64,000 nt of DNA, taken from NCBI GenBank assembly GCA_023450085.1, contig JAEXHI010000024.1, positions 52,906-116,905 on the forward strand, given 5' to 3'. This DNA comes from Bacteroidota bacterium. Its GTDB lineage: Bacteria; Bacteroidota; Bacteroidia; Sphingobacteriales; Sphingobacteriaceae. The translations under genes were made by a program, and so were the position numbers. A model generated the notes under the pieces. The model was not told the origin of the DNA. It made no database searches and saw nothing but the letters and a program-made list of their open reading frames with translations. Shown one piece after another: positions 22,865-30,914 of the stretch. How positions within the stretch are numbered: position 1 is the first letter of the stretch; the number at the start of each line of letters is the position of its first letter.

Positions 22865-22897
22865 AAAAAAAATGCCCCCAAAAACTTGGGGGCATTT
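22865..22897 (-). terminator. rpsU terminator
   Basis: AAATGCCCCCAA...TTGGGGGCATTT plus a T run on the minus strand. Confidence 0.85.
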
Positions 22898-22921
22898 ATA
22901 TATCTGTGATCCAGACTAGAA

Positions 22922-23116
22922 CTATAGCGTTCCTTCTTGATTTAAGCCTTGGATATATCTTGCTTTTTTGATTTCAGTACGACGAGTTACAGATTTTTTC
23001 TCGTATGCTTGACGGCTACGTAGCTCTCTCAATACACCAGTTTTCTCAAATTTCTTCTTGAAACGTTTTAGCGCTTTATCTAATGACTCGCCATCTTTAA
23101 TGTTGATAATAATCAT
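22922..23116 (-). CDS. rpsU: 30S ribosomal protein bS21
   Basis: ESLDKALKRFKKK, ELRSRQAYEKKSV. Confidence 0.98.
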   Translation of the reverse strand: MIIINIKDGESLDKALKRFKKKFEKTGVLRELRSRQAYEKKSVTRRTEIKKARYIQGLNQEGTL

Positions 23117-23127
23117 AACGTTGAAAT

Positions 23128-23179
23128 ACCTCCTCTCGTTTTTTTAAATTCCCAGCTTTAACTTGGGGATGCAAATGTA
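23128..23179 (-). promoter_or_regulatory. rpsU -7 element and extended Shine-Dalgarno
   Basis: TACATTTG at 23172-23179; GAGAGGAGGT at 23128-23137, 11 nt before the ATG. Confidence 0.75.
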
Positions 23180-23230
23180 GATATTTTATTGGATATGAGA
23201 AAGTTTTTTGAGCTTTAATTTAAAAAAGAC

Positions 23231-23261
23231 AAAAAAGGATGCTTTTTACAGACATCCTTTT
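23231..23261 (-). terminator. Terminator after lipoprotein gene
   Basis: AAAAGGATG...CATCCTTTT hairpin with a T run. Confidence 0.6.
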
Positions 23262-23293
23262 GAACCAAAAAATAAAATGATACTTGCTTTATC

Positions 23294-24205
23294 TTAATTT
23301 AATGAGTTTAATACCGCATCTATTTGCGCTGTTGTTGCAGGTGCCACAGCTACATCAACATTTAGATTGGCACTTACGGTAAAATTGGCATGGCCAAAAT
23401 AAACCACATTATTTACGTCGGTAGAAAGGATAATGAGTTTTCCTTTTAAACCAATAGGCATAGAGTTTTCGTAAGAGCGGTGTTTATTGATAGATAATAT
23501 AAATGGCAACCCTGCTACGGTTTTAATGTCGTCAAAAACCATGTAAGCTCTTTGGTCTTTAATGCTAGGCACTGTACCTGCATATACAGGAGTAGCCGTA
23601 ATAGTAGTTTTTGGATTAGCGTTGGTATAAAAGTAATCGCAGTTAACCCAACCAAAGCTTGGCAAATTAAATTGATAAAAATCTGGACTAGATACTACCC
23701 TAGCTTTTTGATCTAGCACCCAAGTACTATCTGAAACTACTGTTGGTCCCCAAACAAACAAATTCATTGGATCAGTATTAAGCGTAGTTGGCACTTTTAC
23801 GTTTACAGTAACGGCTGGGTTTAATCTTAAAGCTTGTCCGTTTTGACTAGCCAATATTTGGAACTCTCCACCGGTAATTAATAACTGTCCGTTAGATTCG
23901 GTTACTTTTCCCGATAGGACAATATCTTTTTTGCTCAGCACTTCTTTTAGACTTACCACCACGTTTCCGGCTACTGGGTTTCCATTATTATCTATAAAGG
24001 CGTTTGCGGGGAAATCAAATTTCATTCCCTTTGCCCCAGTAATGCTAAATGCTGCCCCTCCTGTCCCATTGAATTTTTGAGTAGGCACAGTAAACTTGCT
24101 GTTAAATTCGGCAAGGGTAAGCGTGGTATCGTCATTTGTTTTGTCTTTTTTGCAGCCAAAAAGAATGCTTACGAATAATAAAGTGATTAAGGTTAAATTT
24201 TTCAT
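23294..24205 (-). CDS. Hypothetical lipoprotein
   Basis: Lipobox LFGC followed by KKD; beta-rich sequence with a GWVNCD motif. Confidence 0.8.
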   Translation of the reverse strand: MKNLTLITLLFVSILFGCKKDKTNDDTTLTLAEFNSKFTVPTQKFNGTGGAAFSITGAKGMKFDFPANAFIDNNGNPVAGNVVVSLKEVLSKKDIVLSGKVTESNGQLLITGGEFQILASQNGQALRLNPAVTVNVKVPTTLNTDPMNLFVWGPTVVSDSTWVLDQKARVVSSPDFYQFNLPSFGWVNCDYFYTNANPKTTITATPVYAGTVPSIKDQRAYMVFDDIKTVAGLPFILSINKHRSYENSMPIGLKGKLIILSTDVNNVVYFGHANFTVSANLNVDVAVAPATTAQIDAVLNSLN

Positions 24206-24332
24206 GATGCTAGTTTTAATATAATGCTTACTCTGTTTATGGCTTTTCTGCTGCCGCCTTTCGTAAGCATATCAACTAGCTTTATTTTTTGTTACCTATG
24301 TTTTTGAAAAAAGTTTTTAGGGTTTATATTCT

Positions 24333-24399
24333 GCCACAAATACACAGATATTGTTATTATCCATATATCGTTAAAAATAAAATATTTGTGTATTGTGGC
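24333..24399. repeat. Imperfect inverted repeat
   Basis: GCCACAAATACACAGATATT ... AATATTTGTGTATTGTGGC. Confidence 0.65.
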
Positions 24400-24405
24400 T
24401 AAAAC

Positions 24406-24434
24406 AAAAAACCGCAGCTTTTGGGCTACGGTTT
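24406..24434 (-). terminator. Terminator after acyl-CoA dehydrogenase
   Basis: Minus strand AAACCGTAGC...GCTGCGGTTTTT. Confidence 0.65.
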
Positions 24435-24468
24435 CATTGATTTTAATTGTAGGTAGATGATTTAATTT

Positions 24469-25620
24469 CTATTTCAAGATTTCTCTTGCGATCACTATTT
24501 TCTGTATTTCCGAAGTTCCTTCGCCAATGGTGCAAAGCTTACTGTCACGATAGAACTTCTCTACTGGAAAATCTTTCGTATATCCGTATCCACCAAAAAT
24601 CTGTACGGCCTCTGTAGCACATTTCACGGCTACTTCAGAAGCGTAGTATTTCGCCATTGCCGACTCTTTTGTCATTGGTAAATGACGGTTCTTTAAATCT
24701 GCTGCCTGACGGATCAGTAATTCTGCGGCTTCAATTTCCGTAGCCATGTCTGCCAATTTAAAGCTGATGCCCTGAAAACTCGAAATACTTTGACCAAACT
24801 GTTGTCTTTCTTTCGAATAAGCTAAGGCTGCTTCGTAAGCTCCTTTGGCTATGCCTAAACTTAAAGCTGCAATAGAAATACGTCCGCCATCTAATACTTT
24901 CATGGCCTGCTTAAATCCTTCACCCTCCAAGCCTAACAAGTTTTCTTTGGGTACACGGCAATTGTCGAAAATCATTTCAGTAGTTTCCGAAGCACGCATT
25001 CCCAATTTGTTTTCTTTTTTACCCGCACTGAAGCCAGGCGTACCTCTTTCAACCACAATGGCCGAAATTCCTTTAGAACTACCTGTTTCCCCTGTGCGCA
25101 CCATCACAACCGCAACGTCTCCAGTTTTACCATGGGTAATCCAGTTTTTCGAACCGTTGATTACATACTCATCACCATCTAATACCGCGGTAGTACGCAT
25201 ACGCAAAGCATCAGAACCTGTATTAGCTTCCGTTAGTCCCCAAGCACCTATCCATTCTGCGGTAGCTAGTTTAGGTAACCATTTTGCTTTTTGCTCTTCA
25301 TTTCCAAAGGCCATGATATGACCGGTACACAATGAATTATGCGCTGCAACGGATAAACCAATAGAACCACATACTTTGGCTACCTCTACAATAACGTCTA
25401 CGTATTCTTGGTAACCAAAACCTGAGCCTCCATATTCTTCAGGCACTAGAACGCCCATTAAGCCTATTTGTCCAAGTTCTTTAAATAATTCAAGGGGAAA
25501 ATGTTGGGCTTCATCCCACTCCATTACGTTCTTGCGGATGTTCTTTTCTGCAAAGTCACGTACCATGTTTTTAACCATGGTTCTGTTTTCGGTTTCATTG
25601 AAACTGATTCCTATGTCCAT
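24469..25620 (-). CDS. Acyl-CoA dehydrogenase
   Basis: GAWGLTEANTGSDA, NGSKNWIT, KLGMRAS, QIFGGYGY, IGEGTSEIQ. ATG at 25620 preferred. Confidence 0.95.
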   Translation of the reverse strand: MDIGISFNETENRTMVKNMVRDFAEKNIRKNVMEWDEAQHFPLELFKELGQIGLMGVLVPEEYGGSGFGYQEYVDVIVEVAKVCGSIGLSVAAHNSLCTGHIMAFGNEEQKAKWLPKLATAEWIGAWGLTEANTGSDALRMRTTAVLDGDEYVINGSKNWITHGKTGDVAVVMVRTGETGSSKGISAIVVERGTPGFSAGKKENKLGMRASETTEMIFDNCRVPKENLLGLEGEGFKQAMKVLDGGRISIAALSLGIAKGAYEAALAYSKERQQFGQSISSFQGISFKLADMATEIEAAELLIRQAADLKNRHLPMTKESAMAKYYASEVAVKCATEAVQIFGGYGYTKDFPVEKFYRDSKLCTIGEGTSEIQKIVIAREILK

Positions 25621-25913
25621 ATTGATAGATTTTAAAATAAAAAACTGTTTAAACACCAGCTAGTTTAGCTTCGAGCATTTAAACAGTTTAGTTAAATTTA
25701 TATTTGGTTGAGGGCAATGTTAAGCAAATTAAATTACACTTTCAAAGCCTTTTCCGTTACTTTTTGATAGAATGATTTGGTATGTGGTTCAATTACTTAG
25801 CAAGCGATAGCATCGACATAGAAATAGCCATAACTATTTTAGCTAAGTTTTTTTGAGTTTTTTTTAACGCGTTTAGGTTTCAGGTTGCTTTTTGGCTATT
25901 TATATGGTATTCG

Positions 25914-26471
25914 TTGTCATTTCGAGTATACGAGGAATCTCATTAATAATAGTAAGTGAGTAGCTCATTTAAGTTCCTAGAGATTCTTCGCTTCGCTCTG
26001 AATGACAAGTAGTATAAAATGATACTGCTAACAATACTTGTAATACTAGTTTTGAATATTAAGGGTTCCCAATTGCCAGCGGTCATGATTCCACCTTACG
26101 ACTTCTTCTCTTAAGATTCACTTTGCTTGTCATTCCGAGGAACAGCCTGCCCCGATACATCGGGGAGGAATCTCATTAATATAATAAGTAAGCAACTTGT
26201 TTAAGTTACTAGAGATTCTTCGCTTCGCTCTGAATGACAAGTAGCATAAAATGATACTGCTAGCAATACTTGTAATGTTAGTTTTGAATATTAAGGGTTC
26301 CCCAATGCCGGCGGTCTTAATTCCACCTTGCTATTTCTCCTCTTAATATTCCTTTGCTTGTCATTCCGAGGAACAGCCTGCCCCGATACATCGGGGAGGA
26401 ATCTCATTAATATAATAAGTAAGCAGCTTATTTAAGTTACTAGAGATTCTTCGCTTCGCTCTGAATGACAA
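25914..26471. repeat. Tandem array of three TTGTCATT...AATGACAA palindromic elements with near-identical ~118-bp linkers
   Basis: Elements at 25914-26008, 26127-26240 and 26358-26471; period 231 bp between the last two. Confidence 0.92.
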
Positions 26472-26530
26472 AAAGGCCTAAAGGTATTCCCATACCAAAA
26501 AACCAACCATCCAAAAAACTAACCAACGAA

Positions 26531-27058
26531 CTAATAATCTGCCAAAGAGAAAATATGCTCGCTAAATGATTTCAATCGCTCTTTTCCGTTCAAAAAATCT
26601 AAGTTAATGAGAAAAGAATAACCCGCTACCTCAGCATCCAATTTTTGTACCAACGCCGATGCCGCCACTACCGTACCTCCTGTAGCCAATAAATCATCGT
26701 GGATCAATACTTTCTGGCCAGGTTCAAAGGCATCCTCATGAACTTCAAGCGTAGCACTGCCGTATTCTAAATTGTAAGATTGCTGAACAGTTTTATAAGG
26801 AAGTTTCCCTGCTTTTCTAATAGGTACAAAAGGCACACCCAGTTGTTGAGCAAGTGCCAAACCAAATAAAAAACCTCTACTTTCTATTCCTGCTACAACA
26901 TCTATTTGTAATGAAGATAACTGCTGCGCCAATGCTTTGGCAATCTCATCACACAAAGTTGGATTTTTGAGGATAGGCGTAATGTCTTTAAAAATAATTC
27001 CCGGTTTTGGGAAATCAGGAACATCTCTAATGACTTGTTTGATTTGGTCTTGTATCAT
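26531..27058 (-). CDS. apt: Adenine phosphoribosyltransferase
   Basis: PDFPKPGI.FKDI, ESRGF, RKAGKLP, DDLLATGGT. Confidence 0.97.
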   Translation of the reverse strand: MIQDQIKQVIRDVPDFPKPGIIFKDITPILKNPTLCDEIAKALAQQLSSLQIDVVAGIESRGFLFGLALAQQLGVPFVPIRKAGKLPYKTVQQSYNLEYGSATLEVHEDAFEPGQKVLIHDDLLATGGTVVAASALVQKLDAEVAGYSFLINLDFLNGKERLKSFSEHIFSLADY

Positions 27059-27153
27059 TTTGAACGTGGAATAGTGTGCTGCTGGTTGTAAGTATAAAGT
27101 TAAAGGGCAAAATTAAAAAACAGAAACATTATTCCTCTATCCTATTTAAAACA

Positions 27154-28050
27154 TTAAAAACTCAAATAAGGAGCAATCCGCTGTATGGTTTCTGGCTTTA
27201 AGATAAGTACTTTATTTAAATCGGCAATGCTTTTATATGGGCCATGCTGTTTTCTATATTGTATGATGGCATTCATCTGTTTAAAACTGAGGTAAGGATG
27301 TCTTTTTAAGTCATCAAACTCTACTTCATTGATTTTTAGCTTATGGATAGCTTCTATATCAATCCTGATCTGATCTTTAATTTCATTGAATTTAGGCGTG
27401 TCAATCCCAAACACTTCAAAAAGCTGTTCCTTGCTGTAAAAACCTCCCAAACGTTCTCTATATTTCACAATTCTTTTGGCAAAAGCTATTCCAATTCCCC
27501 TGATTTTATCCAACTCCAAAGTATCTGCATTATTTATCTCTATGATTACAGGTTCTCTTTTAGGATAAGTTGGCATCGTTTTCTTTTCAAAAGTACTGTT
27601 GGTTGCTATCGCGACATAAGGTAGTAATGCTTCATATTTCTCAGGAGAAATAGTGTACATCCTCTCCAGGTCTTCGGGTTTGTAAAACCTCCCTCCTTTT
27701 TTCACATAGTTCACTATGGCCATCGCTTGCTTATAAGAAAGTCCAAATTGCTGCCATTGTTTTTCATCAATTAAATTGGGATCAAAAGTTTGATAATGTA
27801 CGGTAGTCTTTGTTGGTAAGTCCTCTATCTCGCTACGGATATTTTTATCATTGCGCTTCGTATAGCGATCCACTACTTCCAACCGTTGCAAGGCTAATGC
27901 TTCATTTGGGTCAATGGTAGGTGGTTTCAAAAAGTAACGCCTATAAATGGATGGCGCAAGCGTAGCTACCAATATCAGTATTAATAGCACAAGTAAGCCA
28001 TTGAGATTTCGCTTACTAAATCCATAGTGATTGATCAGCCATTTCTTCAT
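27154..28050 (-). CDS. ComEA-like helix-hairpin-helix DNA-binding membrane protein
   Basis: N-terminal TM segment and repeated HhH units (INNAD..EL..IRGIG..FAKRIVKYRERLGGF). Confidence 0.85.
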   Translation of the reverse strand: MKKWLINHYGFSKRNLNGLLVLLILILVATLAPSIYRRYFLKPPTIDPNEALALQRLEVVDRYTKRNDKNIRSEIEDLPTKTTVHYQTFDPNLIDEKQWQQFGLSYKQAMAIVNYVKKGGRFYKPEDLERMYTISPEKYEALLPYVAIATNSTFEKKTMPTYPKREPVIIEINNADTLELDKIRGIGIAFAKRIVKYRERLGGFYSKEQLFEVFGIDTPKFNEIKDQIRIDIEAIHKLKINEVEFDDLKRHPYLSFKQMNAIIQYRKQHGPYKSIADLNKVLILKPETIQRIAPYLSF

Positions 28051-28209
28051 CTTTTATTAATTATCTTTAATATGGATGAAAGTCATCTTGACTAGTGTCG
28101 GCTCAAAGAAATGAAAGGAAAATCAAGATGTTTTCATAGTTTAGGTGTTTAAGCTAAATATAAATCTTATTTTTGACATTGCTTTATACTTTATCCTCAT
28201 TATCTATAC

Positions 28210-29961
28210 ATGAAGATTATTACCACTAAAGAATTTGCGCAAGCAACAAAGATTGATAAGTTAGGTGTTCCTGGGCTTGCGGCACTGTTAATGGAAGTGA
28301 TGAAACTGAACGACATTAACAAGGTATTTTCTAAAAACCAACATTTTGAAGGTCTAGAATTTGTAGACAAGATATTGGAAACCATTGGCGTTTCTATTGA
28401 CTTTGATGAAGACGACCTCAAAAACATCCCTAAAACAGGAGGCTTTATTGCCATAGCCAACCATCCTTATGGTGGTGTTGAAGGCTTGGCCTTGGTAAAA
28501 TTACTTTGTACGGTTAGACCAGAAGCGAAAGTAATGGTGAACTTCATCCTTAAAAAAATTCCTAACCTGAGCGAGTTTTTTGTGGCGGTGAACCCATTTG
28601 AGAATGTGCAGCACTCTTCTAGCATTAGTGGACTAAAAAGCACTTTTGATCTTTTACAGAGCGGCACTCCTATTGGCATTTTTCCAGCGGGCGAGGTTTC
28701 GACCTTCAACTTAGAGAAGCAAGAAATTACCGACAGACTTTGGCATCCAGTAGTGGGTAAGCTAGTGGCTAAATCAAAACTACCGGTGGTACCTATTTAT
28801 TTCCATGGCAATAATGGGATCTTGTTCAACATCCTTAGTTTTATTCACCCTACTTTAAGAACAGCTAAATTACCTTCTGAGTTTTTAAATAAGCAGGGAC
28901 TGAAAATTCAGGTAAGGATTGGCAAGCCTATTAAAATCGAAGATATTTCTTACAACAGAGATACTAACAAGTTATTGGACTTTTTAAGAGCCAGAACTTA
29001 CGCCTTAGGCACCAGCATTGAACAGGAAAGAAAGCTTTTCAACCCTATCAATCTGTTTAAGATCAAGAAAAAACCTGCTGAGATTGTAGAGGAAACCGAA
29101 AAAGACCTGATGGTAAAAGAGGTGGATACTTTAAGCGAATACAGGGTTTGGGAAGAAAAAAATTACGAGGTGTATATTGTACCTACCACCAGCATCCCTA
29201 ACATTTTAAGAGAAATTGGCCGTTTACGCGAAATTACTTTCAGGGAAGTTGGAGAAGGGACCAATAAAAAAATTGACCTCGACAACTACGATATTTATTA
29301 CAATCACCTTTTCATTTGGGACAAAGAAGCTCAAATGATTGTGGGTGCTTATCGTATTGGTAAAGGCGATGAGATTTTGAATACCATGGGCAAACGTGGT
29401 TTCTATATTTCGGAGCTATTTAAAATCAAAGAACCTTTTTACCCTGTTTTAAGACAAGGTATAGAATTGGGTCGTTCGTGGATCAGGAAAGAATACCAAC
29501 AAAAACCGCTGCCCTTATTTTTGTTATGGAAGGGTATTTTGAAATATTTGATTTTGAACCCTCAATACCGATACATGTTTGGGCCGGTAAGTATCAGCAA
29601 TAACTTTTCTAAGTTCAGTAAATCATTGATTGTTGATTTTATTACCAAAAACCATTTCGATTATGAAATGGCCCATTATGTAAAACCAAGAAACAAGTTC
29701 AAGGCTGACCTTACTCCTATCAATACAGATCTTTTGATTGAGCAAAGTGAAAGCTTGAAAGATTTGGACAGTTTGATTGGCGATATCGAAAGCAGCCACA
29801 TCAAAATCCCTGTGCTATTGCGTCAGTACATGAACTTAAATGCCAAAATCATTTGTTTTAATATTGACCCTAAATTTTCGGATTGCTTGGATGGTTTCCT
29901 TGTAGTGGATACCCAAAAGATTCCTGCAGAAATGCTGGAAAAGATCGGAAAGAACTTTTAG
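28210..29961 (+). CDS. Fused PlsC-type O-acyltransferase and GNAT N-acyltransferase (OlsF-like amino-lipid synthase)
   Basis: NHPYG and FPAGEV in the N-half; REIGRLREITFR.VGEG, ELGRS and VLLRQY in the C-half. Confidence 0.8.
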   Translation: MKIITTKEFAQATKIDKLGVPGLAALLMEVMKLNDINKVFSKNQHFEGLEFVDKILETIGVSIDFDEDDLKNIPKTGGFIAIANHPYGGVEGLALVKLLCTVRPEAKVMVNFILKKIPNLSEFFVAVNPFENVQHSSSISGLKSTFDLLQSGTPIGIFPAGEVSTFNLEKQEITDRLWHPVVGKLVAKSKLPVVPIYFHGNNGILFNILSFIHPTLRTAKLPSEFLNKQGLKIQVRIGKPIKIEDISYNRDTNKLLDFLRARTYALGTSIEQERKLFNPINLFKIKKKPAEIVEETEKDLMVKEVDTLSEYRVWEEKNYEVYIVPTTSIPNILREIGRLREITFREVGEGTNKKIDLDNYDIYYNHLFIWDKEAQMIVGAYRIGKGDEILNTMGKRGFYISELFKIKEPFYPVLRQGIELGRSWIRKEYQQKPLPLFLLWKGILKYLILNPQYRYMFGPVSISNNFSKFSKSLIVDFITKNHFDYEMAHYVKPRNKFKADLTPINTDLLIEQSESLKDLDSLIGDIESSHIKIPVLLRQYMNLNAKIICFNIDPKFSDCLDGFLVVDTQKIPAEMLEKIGKNF

Positions 29962-30006
29962 TCAGTTCACAGTTTTCAAATAACAGTTTACAGTTATGTA
30001 TAAATA

Positions 30007-30039
30007 GCAAAAGCCTCGACATCCATCGGGGCTTTTTGC
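30007..30039. terminator. Bidirectional intrinsic terminator
   Basis: AAAAGCCTCGA-catcca-TCGGGGCTTTTT with A/T runs on both sides. Confidence 0.8.
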
Positions 30040-30086
30040 GATCAACTAACCTAAACTGTATGATAAATACTAACCAAATATTTAAC
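30009..30086 (-). ncRNA. Candidate ~78-nt small RNA
   Basis: Minus-strand -7 element TACATTTG (30091-30098), upstream 11-bp-periodic boxes and a downstream terminator. No plausible minus-strand CDS in between. Confidence 0.5.
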
Positions 30087-30811
30087 GTCACAAATGTAGG
30101 GCAGCTATGTTAAGTCCTTGTAAAAACAAGGTTATTTTATATTCACTTAATAAAGAAAAGTTGTTGATCCTATCTGCCCACAGCGGGAAAACATTGATAA
30201 CTGTTTAACATGCCATAGGATAAGTGTGATGAATAGCCATCTTTATATGATGAATCACAAAACAATCTTTCAGTTTATTTCTGAGCCTGCCGATGTAAAT
30301 TATGGCGGCAATGTACATGGTGGCAGTGTAATGAAATGGATTGACCAAGCTGGATATGCTTGTGCCAGCTCTTGGAGTTCTAGTTATTGCGTAACGGTTT
30401 ATGTAGGTGGCATCAGATTTTACTCACCTATTAAAATAGGACATATTGTAAAAGTAGAGGCGCAGGTTATTTATACGGGATCAACTAGTATGCATATTGC
30501 CATCAATGTATTTTCTAGAAACATTAAGCGACAAGGGTTTGAAAAGAAAACGCATTGTATCATCGTATTTGTAGCCGTTGACGATGAAGGGGCACCTGTA
30601 AAAGTGCCTAAATTTAATGCGACAACTGAAGATGAGAAACAGATGGAACAATATGCCATTAAGCTAATGGATTTACGCAAGCAAATTGAAACCGAAATGC
30701 AACCGTTTTTGTAAGGTCTTAACCCAGTAATTGGTGATCACATAAACGTCACTAACGCAGAAGCCCTATGTTAAGCCTTTCTAAAACCTAGGTTATTTCA
30801 TATTGACTTAA
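30084..30811. repeat. 67-bp ungapped imperfect direct repeat (30084-30150 and 30745-30811) flanking the thioesterase gene
   Basis: 52 of 67 positions identical by manual alignment. Confidence 0.8.
30247..30714 (+). CDS. Acyl-CoA thioesterase (hotdog fold, YciA-like)
   Basis: N..GNVHGG.VMKWID, G.TSMHI, VFVAVD. Confidence 0.92.
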   Translation: MMNHKTIFQFISEPADVNYGGNVHGGSVMKWIDQAGYACASSWSSSYCVTVYVGGIRFYSPIKIGHIVKVEAQVIYTGSTSMHIAINVFSRNIKRQGFEKKTHCIIVFVAVDDEGAPVKVPKFNATTEDEKQMEQYAIKLMDLRKQIETEMQPFL

Positions 30812-30914
30812 CAGCAAAAATCAAATTGAGGTAAAAACCATCTTTTTTTCAAAAAATTCTTGCCATTATCATGTTAATATTGTTTAAATTTAATGTTAAG
30901 CCAATATTAACAAC

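Noticed and set aside
25914..26471. CRISPR array
   Set aside because: The 'spacers' are near-identical and about 118 bp, the repeats are 95-114 bp, and no cas genes are present.
29870..30113. ORFs 29870-30091 (-) and 29883-30113 (+), including a 17-aa sub-ORF at 30060
   Set aside because: They cross a strong terminator and the acyltransferase 3' end. The minus ORF's GTG start overlaps the -7 element. The sRNA model fits better, although the 17-aa ORF is not formally excluded.
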